Shown here one piece after another: positions 1 through 10,700 of a stretch of 44,225 bases of DNA. The number at the start of each line of letters is the position of its first letter. Positions within the stretch are counted from its first letter, which is position 1. Origin of the DNA: a virus (Duplodnaviria; Heunggongvirae; Uroviricota; Caudoviricetes); the IMG/VR virus record IMGVR_UViG_3300008453_000586, one strand, 5' to 3'. A program made the position numbers and the translations under genes. Below the pieces are notes generated by a model. That model was not told the DNA's origin. It worked only from the letters and a program-made list of their open reading frames with translations, and did not search any database.

Positions 1-52
1 TTTTTTAAAGACTTATCAACCATTTATTTTCTAAACTTTTTTGGTACTATAG

Positions 53-60
53 TATTTATA
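53..60 (+). promoter_or_regulatory. Putative phage late-promoter motif TATTTATA upstream of the first structural gene
   Basis: TATTTATA 16 nt before the ATG at 77; the same motif recurs in most intergenic gaps ahead of structural genes. Confidence 0.5.
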
Positions 61-76
61 TATAAAAAGAAATACT

Positions 77-3000
77 ATGCCAATTTTTTATAATCAAGGT
101 GCACCTACACCAACTACAAAAAACAATATCACAGATATCGCAGTTTCTTATGGGATTAGAGATTTTCTATTAAATCTTAATTTAGCTCCGCAATATCCTT
201 TTATATCAACTTCAATTAATGGTAGTCCACGTATTGGTGAACCAGTATTAGATACTATGGTAGGTAGTGGTGCTCTTACAGTTCCAATTGGTTTACCTTT
301 AATTGCTAATGGTTTATTGTTTAAAGATTTGAATGTTATTTATAATACCTTTCAAAACGACCCTAGCGTTGCAAATAACGTAGAAAGTATCAACTACATA
401 CCTGATATACTAAACACTGATTATATCAACTCTGAATGGCCTCTAGGTGGTAATTTACCTTATCCAACAGGTGATAACCCACAAATTGAACAATATGGTA
501 TATTGGCTAAAACAACAGAAGCAAACTACAAGAAAGCCAATGTAATAAAGAATTTGTATTTGGATGAATCAAAACAAATTGATATGGCTTCTTTTATTGA
601 TTATCAACCTTTGGATATATCTCAACAAATCCCAGGATATTTAGACGTCTTTGGTGGTTTAAATCAAGGTGGTACAGCTGGTTCTCAAGCTATAAATATA
701 TTAGGTAGTGTATTAAACGGTCAAGGTGTCGGTATAGGTACCAATGGTAGTGTTGTACCAAATTTTGATATTAGAAGTTCTTTGGCTGGTAGAGTGTTGG
801 GAGCAACTGGTTTTTTAAATGATACAAAATTAGGGACTATTGGTGGACAACAATTAGCATTGGCATTGGCAAACAATGCTGCATTCAATGTACAACAAGA
901 GTTGTTTGGTGCTTTGAATATTGGTGAAAACATTTTAAACCTTATTAAAGATGGTTCAGCACCAGCGTTTAGACCAAACTACAAGATTACAGTGGCTCAA
1001 TCTACTGGTGGTAGAATATTAAATACAGCGTCCAATATTCTAGGTTTCCAAATTCCAAGAAGTTATTTGAGTGATGAAGGTTCAATTTTCCAATCAGAAA
1101 ATGGTGATGCAGCTAATATTGATAGAGCTAATTCAATGATATTAAACACTGGTAAAGGTCAATTAAAATCTTTGATTAGTAACGCGATGGCTAACGGAGC
1201 TGTAAATAGTTCAACTAACCCTTTTAGAAGTGGTTACGTACCAGCATACAACGATAATAAAGGTCAACCAGCGGTTAAATCTGCTGATACCAAAGTATAT
1301 GCTTATAGTAAAGCTGGAAACGTTGATAAGTTATTAGGTAATTCTGGTGACATCATACCAGAAATTAGTTACGATAGAGAAGCCTTGACCAAAAATTCTG
1401 GTTTTAGTTCACCAGATGATGATTTTGTGTCAACCGCTGGTTTTATTAATGTTGGTTATAATGGTAGAAAAACTTCATCAATTGGGTTTTCATGGACAAG
1501 TCAAGAAGGTGAAGCTTTAAATAAAGTACCTAATATTAGCACTCTTGGTTTAGACTTTACAGCTTTTGGTGGTTCACCGTTAACACCAGTAGCAACAGAT
1601 GTTGTTGGTGATAAAAAATCTTTGTTGGTTAAAACACAAAAATTATTTAACAGTAAAGGTATGAAAACACTTGTTTCAGTAAAAGGTGAAATGGGTGTTT
1701 CGTCAAGTCAGATACAAACTGCAAATAACGATGGTATATCTAAAGGTAGTGCTGTATTAGCATCTGGTAGATATGACTTAGAAACTGGTCGTGTAAACTC
1801 GTCTGGTGCTGAAGCTCAAAATAATTTCTGTAGAAGTTGGACAACGTTAGATAGATACGATAGTGTTAATAATCTTATTAGACATAAACCTTTATATGAT
1901 AGTACCAAAGCACCTTACAGATTCCAAACCGAAAACAGTGTGTTGGGTGATGGGGGTTTTGTAAAAATAGCACCATATTCTGATGACGTACCTACAGACC
2001 CAAAAAAGTTTATGTTTAGTATTGAAAATTTAGCATGGGCTGGTGACCCTTTTAATAATTTACCACAATGCGAACAAGGGCCAGGTGATTTAACAACTGG
2101 AAAACGAGGTAGAATCATGTGGTTCCCACCATATGATATTCAATTCACTGAAAACAATACTTTGGATTGGGAATCAAATAAATTCATTGGTAGAGGTGAA
2201 CCAGTATACACATACAACAACACAGAAAGAAGTGGTACTTTGTCGTTTAAAGTAATTGTAGACCACCCAAGCTATTATAATGCTTTTAGAGGTGAAAAAG
2301 GACCAGATGATAATTATATTGCCTCATATTTTGCTGGTTGCGTTGACCCAACTGAAGGTATGATTAGAAAATTAACAGTAAATGAAATAAATGATATTAT
2401 ACCTAGAAATGTTGTCATTGACCAACCTAAACAAGATTCACCAATACCACCAACTTCAACACTAAAAGTATATTTCCCTAATGATAATTTTGAGTTAGAC
2501 CAATTTCAAAATTATGAAAACGGTTTAAGTGGTAGTACACCTAGTGGTTTAGCTACTGCTATTGATTATACGATTAATTGTGATGGTTTTGGTTATGGTA
2601 TTGGTTTATACCCTAGTAACATAACCCAAGTAGATGTTAATGGTGTTACTAGAAATTGGGACGATAGATATAATTTTGGTTTGAATTGGAATAGTTCTAA
2701 CGGTAAACAAAACGATATTAACGGTAAAAAATATTTTGGTTATTTAGACCCAGATTACAACGCTGCTATGGTTGAATATCTTAAAAACGAATGCAAATAT
2801 TGTACTATAAAAGTTAAAGGTTATGCGAGTCCACAAGGTAACCAAAAATCTAATGAAAAATTAGCTAAAAAAAGAGCTGAATATATTATTAAACAATTAA
2901 AAACAAAATGGGGTGGTGGGATAGAATCGGCCGATATGGATAAAAGATTTAAAACACCTACTAGTGAAGCTAAAACAAGTTCAGGATGTCCAATACAAAC

Positions 3001-4378
3001 AGCTCAACAACCAAATCCACCAACAGATATTTTAGAATGTAAATTGGATAGGTTTGTTGAGGTAACAGTTGAATATGACCCAGAATTTGCAGCTGAAAAA
3101 GAAAAAGCTTTACAACCAGAGCCAATAACTAAAATAGAACGTACAGCAATCAAAAAAGAAATTTTGAACAAATTTTATACTGAATGTAATTATTTTGACC
3201 GTATGATAGAAGATAAACCTTTTGTTTTTGATGAAATTAGACAGAAAATTAGATATTTTCACCCAGCGTTTCATTCAACAACACCAGAAGGTTTGAATTC
3301 TAGGTTGACATTTTTATTACAATGTACCAGACAAGGTCCAACACTTGAACAACAAGGTGCTAATAACTTAGCTTTTGGTAGAGCTCCAGTTTGTATATTG
3401 AGAATTGGTGATTTTTATAACACAAAAATAATTATGGAGAATGTAAACATTGATTATGAACCATTAGTTTGGGACCTTAATCCAGAAGGTGTTGGGGTTC
3501 AACCAATGATTGCTAATGTTGATATTTCGTTTAAATTTTTAGGTGGTTCAAGTCTTATGGGGCCAATTAACAAATTACAAAATGCGTTATCATTTAACTA
3601 TTTTGCTAACACACACGTTTATGACCCTAGAGCTGATTATATTTCTAAGAATAGACCTTCATTTGTTCAGCGTTATAAAGATGAAAATGATTTAGATGCT
3701 AATGGTGTTGCTAAAGAAAAAGCTAGGTTGGTTGATGCACCATTCTCACCAACTGGTTTTTATATTAATGATGGTGTTGAATGTTATGAACCAGAGCAAA
3801 TAATAATATCTGAAAGTATTATTAATGAAAATAATAAAGAAGTTGACCAAGTTAAAGCTGAGGAAAAAGTTAATGGTGGTGTTGAAAATTCAACACAACC
3901 ACCTTTAAGCTCGACAACAGCTACAACAGTAACAGGAACTGATGAAGAAGTTATAGTACGCGTTCAAATAGAAAGTTATCAAGAAGTTTCTGAAGGTGAT
4001 GATACACTTCAAATTGGTTTAGGGTTTTATCCACCAGATAATAACCCAAATCTTAAATTTTTGTTATCTGGTGATAAAATTTATAAAGGCAAACTATCTT
4101 TAGTAAGGTTAAACTCCACAAAGGTTGATAATATAAACTTTTTTGTTACTGGTCGAAAAAATGATAATAATTCAACAATTTTCAAAGCTGAATCTGAAGT
4201 GATAGTGTCACCTACAGATAAAAGTTGGGTGTTAAATATACCATTAACAGATAATGATTTAGATTTCTTGTTAGCCGCTAAAAATGACACAACAGATGAA
4301 CATTATAGTTTACGTTTTAGATGGGACACTACAGACATTTTTAGTAGTGTTGGATATGCAAAAGCTAATGGTGGATAA
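77..4378 (+). CDS. Baseplate/tail-tube-initiator-like protein (tube fold) with an inserted OmpA-like peptidoglycan-binding domain
   Basis: Tube-fold N-half WFPPYDIQFTENNTLDWESNKFIGRGEPVYTYNNTERSGTLSFKVIVDHP (2120-2270) and C-half APVCILRIGDFYNTKIIMENVNIDYEP...PMIANVDISFKFLG (about 3374-3548) flank OmpA-C-like motifs VYFPND...IKVKGYASPQG..SNEKLAKKRAEYI...DRFVEV (2468-3064). Directly precedes a LysM/gp53-like gene and a hub gene, the usual order in contractile tail-tip modules. Confidence 0.65.
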   Translation: MPIFYNQGAPTPTTKNNITDIAVSYGIRDFLLNLNLAPQYPFISTSINGSPRIGEPVLDTMVGSGALTVPIGLPLIANGLLFKDLNVIYNTFQNDPSVANNVESINYIPDILNTDYINSEWPLGGNLPYPTGDNPQIEQYGILAKTTEANYKKANVIKNLYLDESKQIDMASFIDYQPLDISQQIPGYLDVFGGLNQGGTAGSQAINILGSVLNGQGVGIGTNGSVVPNFDIRSSLAGRVLGATGFLNDTKLGTIGGQQLALALANNAAFNVQQELFGALNIGENILNLIKDGSAPAFRPNYKITVAQSTGGRILNTASNILGFQIPRSYLSDEGSIFQSENGDAANIDRANSMILNTGKGQLKSLISNAMANGAVNSSTNPFRSGYVPAYNDNKGQPAVKSADTKVYAYSKAGNVDKLLGNSGDIIPEISYDREALTKNSGFSSPDDDFVSTAGFINVGYNGRKTSSIGFSWTSQEGEALNKVPNISTLGLDFTAFGGSPLTPVATDVVGDKKSLLVKTQKLFNSKGMKTLVSVKGEMGVSSSQIQTANNDGISKGSAVLASGRYDLETGRVNSSGAEAQNNFCRSWTTLDRYDSVNNLIRHKPLYDSTKAPYRFQTENSVLGDGGFVKIAPYSDDVPTDPKKFMFSIENLAWAGDPFNNLPQCEQGPGDLTTGKRGRIMWFPPYDIQFTENNTLDWESNKFIGRGEPVYTYNNTERSGTLSFKVIVDHPSYYNAFRGEKGPDDNYIASYFAGCVDPTEGMIRKLTVNEINDIIPRNVVIDQPKQDSPIPPTSTLKVYFPNDNFELDQFQNYENGLSGSTPSGLATAIDYTINCDGFGYGIGLYPSNITQVDVNGVTRNWDDRYNFGLNWNSSNGKQNDINGKKYFGYLDPDYNAAMVEYLKNECKYCTIKVKGYASPQGNQKSNEKLAKKRAEYIIKQLKTKWGGGIESADMDKRFKTPTSEAKTSSGCPIQTAQQPNPPTDILECKLDRFVEVTVEYDPEFAAEKEKALQPEPITKIERTAIKKEILNKFYTECNYFDRMIEDKPFVFDEIRQKIRYFHPAFHSTTPEGLNSRLTFLLQCTRQGPTLEQQGANNLAFGRAPVCILRIGDFYNTKIIMENVNIDYEPLVWDLNPEGVGVQPMIANVDISFKFLGGSSLMGPINKLQNALSFNYFANTHVYDPRADYISKNRPSFVQRYKDENDLDANGVAKEKARLVDAPFSPTGFYINDGVECYEPEQIIISESIINENNKEVDQVKAEEKVNGGVENSTQPPLSSTTATTVTGTDEEVIVRVQIESYQEVSEGDDTLQIGLGFYPPDNNPNLKFLLSGDKIYKGKLSLVRLNSTKVDNINFFVTGRKNDNNSTIFKAESEVIVSPTDKSWVLNIPLTDNDLDFLLAAKNDTTDEHYSLRFRWDTTDIFSSVGYAKANGG

Positions 4379-4399
4379 TAAAATTAAAATAAATAAAAA

Positions 4400-4720
4400 A
4401 TGGCAGAATATTACGATAGATATAGAGGATTTAAAGTTAACTCAGAAGTTAAACCAATTCCAGGTATTACAATACCTTCAAAAAGCACAGATAAAACACT
4501 TATTTACAAACAAGGTGTAACAAGACTTGACAAAATCAGTAACATGTATTATAATAATCCATATAGCGGTTGGTTAATAATGCAAGCTAATCAAGAATTT
4601 GGTGGTTTGGAGTTTGATATTCCAGATAACACATTGATTAGAATACCATTTCCTTACGAAGACGCTTTATCAAGATATATAACTCAAGTTTCAATACATA
4701 AAACACTTTATGGAGAATAA
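4400..4720 (+). CDS. LysM-like baseplate wedge protein (T4 gp53 / P2 gpX-like)
   Basis: RLDKISNMYYNNPYSGWLIMQAN...DIPDNTLIRIP fits the degenerate LysM pattern (L..IS..YY......W.I..AN...G..I.IP); small size and position between tube-initiator and hub genes. Confidence 0.75.
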   Translation: MAEYYDRYRGFKVNSEVKPIPGITIPSKSTDKTLIYKQGVTRLDKISNMYYNNPYSGWLIMQANQEFGGLEFDIPDNTLIRIPFPYEDALSRYITQVSIHKTLYGE

Positions 4721-7700
4721 TAACACACCTAAAATAGGTTGTAGCGGTGGAAATAGAACAAAAATAATAGACCCTAATGATTTTTATGGGTACCCTTCAT
4801 TTATGAATCGTTCAGTTCAAAATGAAGATTTGAATATTTCAGTAAAATTATCAACGTACAGAAAGGGGCGTACCGTTCTTTCAGCTAAAGATGATAAAGG
4901 TAGTGTTCAAACAACAAACACTATCAGACTTAATTTTATTGAAGGAAGTGATATAAACGGTAAAAAAGTTTTAACAACTAAATATACTGATTTAACAACA
5001 GTTTTTGAGCAAGGTACTATCAACACCGAAACTTTGGGTATCACTAATATCGATATCAATTTTAATTCATCTTTTGCACCACAAATTACGGTTGATTTTA
5101 TTGACGTAAGAGGTAGTTCTATTTTTCAAAACGAATCAGATATTTCTAATACGGATGTTAATAATCCATATGCTGCTTTCTTTCAGTTACCATATCCTTT
5201 ATTTGAATTAGAAATTAAAGGTTATTATGGTCAACCAGTAACGTATTGTTTACATATGATTAAATTTACATCAAAGTTTAATTCACAAACAGGTAATTTT
5301 GAAATTAAATGTGATTTTATTGGTTACACATATGCAATGTTATCTGATATGTTGGTTGGGTTTTTAAAAGCGATACCTTTTACAAAAATTGGTGCTGAAA
5401 AATTTAAAAACTACAATGAGGGTAGAGAAGTACCTATTTTGAATTTGGTCGATTTAAAAGTAAAAGTTGGTCAGATAAACGCGGCTATTGAAAAATTAGC
5501 TGTAAGTTCTAACAGTTCAAAAATTTTAAACTCTTTCGCTGAAGGTAAAGAAATATTAAACAGTATTTTAAGTGAATTTACAACATTTTCGATTATTGGT
5601 CTTAAAAAAAATTCTGATGATGAATCTAGTTATAGATTTATTGTCACAAATAATACTGATTTTACGTCAGACCAAAAAAAGAGTTACCAAGATTTAGATA
5701 CTAATGTAAGAGGTTACATAAAAAAATATAACGATTTAAACATAACAGGACTTAAATTAAATGATTCTGATTTTTTACCAGTTACTTATGTTCCAGATTT
5801 AACTATACCTCTTTTAAATGCTGATAGTACTGAGTCAATCAATACTACTATAACAGGTGAAGAATTAATAAAGTTTAAAAGAGAAGCTTTAGCTTACGTT
5901 AATGACTATATGGGTTTTACCGATACCTTCAAATTTAGAATGTATGATTTAAGACAGATAATTGATTTATTAGAAAAAGAAAAAACTAAATTAGATTCTA
6001 ATGTTGAAATTGCAAATAAATCTTTAGCTAACGAAATTAAAGATGAAATAACTTCAGAGCTTGGTTTTGACCCAACAGTTAGAAATATTATAGAAATTTT
6101 TACTGGGTTGATTGAAGTATTTATTGAAACAATATATGATGTTTCCCAAAATGCTGAAAACAACGTAGATAGAACTGCGGAATTGGAAAAAGTTTTTTCA
6201 GAAACATCAAAAACAACCAAAACAGATATAACCGACGTTCAACTTAAAGGTAAAAAATATTTTCCTTGGCCAGATTATTCAGAATATGATACAAAAACAA
6301 ATACATATGTTGAAAAATATTTAGGGTCAAACCCAGTTATTGATAGTAAATTATCAATAAATGAAATTAAATTTATTGAAGATTTATTGCAAGCATTTTT
6401 GAAAGCCAACGAAGAGGAAAATAAAGCTGATGCATTGGCTGCTGGTGATGAAATCAATTGGTTCCCATCAAATCCAATAGACACTAGATTGTTTGGTAAC
6501 CAAAAAAATCCTTATGAAAGAAGTGAGTTAATTTCATTGGAAGCGGTTAAAAGACTTATGTTAATTAGAGGTATGATGTTTTTAGGTTATACCAACGATG
6601 AGAAATATTTAACCAGAGAAGAAATTCAAACAATGGCTAAACTTGAAGCTAATGCAATCGCATCAGCAGCTCAACCAAGTTTAAAAAATGTATTGAAGAA
6701 TATAACACCAGACAAAATTAAAGATGTTACTGGTGTGATAAATGGGCGCGCTAGAAAATTAGTTAGTTCTACACCAAATGGTTATTCATATACTTATTTG
6801 TTTGTTGGTACTAATCCAGATAAAGAAATAAGAGTATTACCAATAAGTGGTGATTTTAACGATAAAACAATTGGTGGTTTAGTCACAAAAACTATAACTA
6901 CAGCAAATATAGACCAAACAACATATATCCCTGACACGTCAATACCAACAGTGGCAGCTCCTGGTACTGTTAAAACAACTAATTATTCATACATAGTAGA
7001 TAATGGTTCTTATGAAAATGAAGATACTAGAGATTTATTAAAAGAACTTAGTAAAAGTGAAAACTTTTTAACTAACTATAGCTCAGTAGCTGTAACTGGT
7101 GTTCAAAATAGAAAGTTAATTGATGGTGGTATTTATGTTAGAATGTTTACACCTTCTGAATTTAACACAACCGCACAACTTATAGATAGTAGCGTTAAAA
7201 CTGATTCTATTATTAATTTAGAACAATTAAGAAAAAGTAAAATTTCACAAGCTGGTTTTAATTGTTTTGGTGGTACTTATGGTATTCAAGAATTTGTGAA
7301 CATGGATTATGGTGATAATACAGCTTTAAAAGGGTTGCCACTTATGTATGTGTTTTATTCACCAGACAAAGATTATGGTTTAAGTTACACTAGAAAAGAT
7401 TCAGCAAAACATCAAAAATTACCTAACAATAAAACACTGACTAGCATATATGATTTTAAACTAAACTCTCCATCATTTTTAGCATCAAATGAATTTTATA
7501 CGGGTGTATTAACTGAAGTTAAATCTGATTCTAGAAATGATGAATTATTACTACATTCTGGTAGAAAAAATAATAGAGAATTATTTAATAATTTAGTAAA
7601 TCCAAATACTGGTAAATATAAAATCAGTTACCCATATATTGAACATGGTTTTGTCTATGGTTTAATAAGTTCAGGCACAGATAAAGACACACTTAGTTTG

Positions 7701-10700
7701 TTTGGTAGTAAATGGTACTATTTACAAGCTAATTCTAGAATGAAAAAAAACAATAACACCTTTATAAACAATATTAGTGGTAAATATACAAAAGCTTTAA
7801 TTTTTTTAAATACACTACCGTTTAATTTAGGTGATGAAATTTTAGATAATAATCCTTTATTTCCAAAAGAATTAAGACACTTATTTGATGTTAGAGGTGG
7901 TTTTGTCCATACACCAAGACTTTGGTGTGCTTTTATCGGTGGTATGTTATGGTGGATGTCAACGGAAGACCCAATTATTGACGGTGATTTTATTACAGGT
8001 GGTGGTAGAGGTAAAGAAGACCCTATTGTTTGGAAAACTACTTGTGGTAATAGTGCGTCACCTAAATATGACGCTACAGAACTTAACGGTAAATATTTAC
8101 CAAGAACAGTTGGTCACTCAAATAATGATATAAAATCAACCGATGTATTAGTAAATTTACCTAATCAAGTAAAAGAACAATTTAAAAAAATATTTTTTGA
8201 TTTTGTAAATGGTAATAGTGAATACATATCTTTTGACACACTTCGTAAAAATTTAGAAATATGGGATGAAAATAAACCAGTCACACAATTTTGTGGGTTT
8301 GTTGATTTATTATATAATACGTCAAACCCAGAAGATGACCAAGCACGTATATTACCATCTCAGATTACTAATAATTTAATAAATTATAAAAACTATAATA
8401 TAATCAACCTTTCAAAACAAACATCATCATTGACTTTATTTTTAGAATTAAATGATGATTCTATTGCTGTCACAAATTTATTAACAGCTTTGAAAGAAGA
8501 GGTTATAATTGCAAATACAGGTTATAGAATTTGGCGTGGACCTTTGACAGAAAATTTTGGAACTGAAGGTGAGGAATTAAAAACTTTACGCTACCCAATT
8601 TATGCTAGTAACGATAATTATGATGATTATTTTAAAACATTAACTAATGAATTAACTACTATAACTAGTGGTTATACCACATCAGCAGAAAAAGATGCAG
8701 CATTGAATGAAATTTTCAATACAGCTAATCTAAACGATATTAAATTAATGTTATATAGAAGTTGTAAAAATATTTATGATAAATGGTTGGGTGGTGTAAC
8801 AAATCCAGATAATATTATTTTTCAATGTGGTGAAAACGATATTAATGAAAGCAACAGAAATAAAACTGATTTAGCTATGGCTAGTAGGTTTGGAAGAACA
8901 AAAGCTAGATTAATAGATAGTTTCAGATTTGTAAATAGGTCCTTTAGAGATATTGGTGATGAGTTATTTATAAATCCGATACCGTTGAACGACAAATTAC
9001 AAGATTTCCCAAACACATCTGCGTATGAAATTATTTCAGGGTTGTTAGGTGATAATAAATTTGATTTTATCGCTCTACCAACATTTATAAATTTTCATGA
9101 TGATAAAGTTTTGGAATCTATGTTTAAACCAATAAGCATGTACGAAAACCCAATAAAATCTTGCGGGCCTTCTTTTGTTTGTGTTTATGTTGGTCAAAAA
9201 TCTAAAAATTTAGATTTAAAAGATGCTTCAACAAACTATACTAATGATGGTTTTGATATAAGATGTGATGGTGATAATTTGAGTAGTTCTATACCACCAG
9301 ATTATAGTAGTCCTCTAGGAAATAATGATGGCAAACTATATGAAGATGCGCTACCAGTTTTTGTTGTTAGATATGGTCAACAAAATCAAAACTTGTTCAA
9401 AGATATTACTTTAGACCAGAGTGAGTTTTCAGAAAGTGAAGAATCTATCAAGATAGTTCAAGACATATCAATGAAAGGCTCTAATACTAATATGAGTGTT
9501 GGTGGTCAAAATATGTATAACGTTTATTCAGTTAGAAGTTATAATGCTGAAGTTGAAATGATGGGCAACGCTATGATTCAACCTATGATGTATTTCCAAT
9601 TGGACAATATACCTATGTTCCATGGTGCATATATGATTACACGTGTAAAACATAGTATAAAACCTAACAACATGTCAACAAATTTTACTGGTGTTAGAAT
9701 TAGAGCAGCTGAAACACCAATTATTGATGTTGCTGATGCATACATGGCACTAATTGAAACATTGAATGTAGCTGGAGCAAATAAAGCTAAATCAGGTCGT
9801 GTTGGAAATGGAACTAGCGGTATGATTTTAGGTAAAAATTGTGGTGAGTTCAAATTGAAAAAACCATTGGTAGATGGTGCTGAAGGATTTTACAAAACTA
9901 AACCAATTAGAGATTTGGTTGGTGTTGTCGAAAGTAATGGTGATTATAACGCATATAATAATGGAACTGCTGGCTCTAAAGGTACTGGTAATTACACACC
10001 ATCACAAATGACAATTGGTGAAATAAAAAATGCACAAGCAAAAACAGGTACTGATAGAATATTTGCAGTTGGTAAATATCAATTAATACCAGATACATTT
10101 AACAATATGGTTAAAGCTTTAGGTTTTACGTCTGAACAAAAATTTAATGCTGAAGCTCAAGAAAAAGCTGGTGAATGGTTAATATTAAAAGGTGCTGGCT
10201 ATAGAAGCGGTTTAAGAGCATATTTTGCTAAAGGTAGTTTAGGTACAGAAAAAAACCTACAAGAAGCCATTACGGATTTAGCGTTAGAGTTTGCCTCTTT
10301 CCCAACTTATTTTGGTGTTTCTTCTCAAGAAGCTGCTGCTAGAGCAAACCCAATTGGTTATAATTCAAAAACAGCGTTATACGGTGGTTCAGCTGGAAAT
10401 GCTGCGGAATCTAAATTTTGTGCGCAAGATGTTTCTAAAGCTTTGATAGAAACATGGAAAAACCTAAACGAAGGTAAAACACCACAATTTGATTATAATA
10501 AAGTAACGGCAATAAGTAGTCAAGTTAGTGCTGCCGCTGATAACTCAATAAAAACAACTAGTTCAGATAAATCAGCAGCTATTATTATGGGTGATTCAAC
10601 TGTTGGTGTATTTAGCTCGGTACCAAATGGGTTGGTTAAAAATAATATTGAAATATCTTTTAATAAATCTGGAGAGACTGTTAAATGGTTAGTTGATAGA

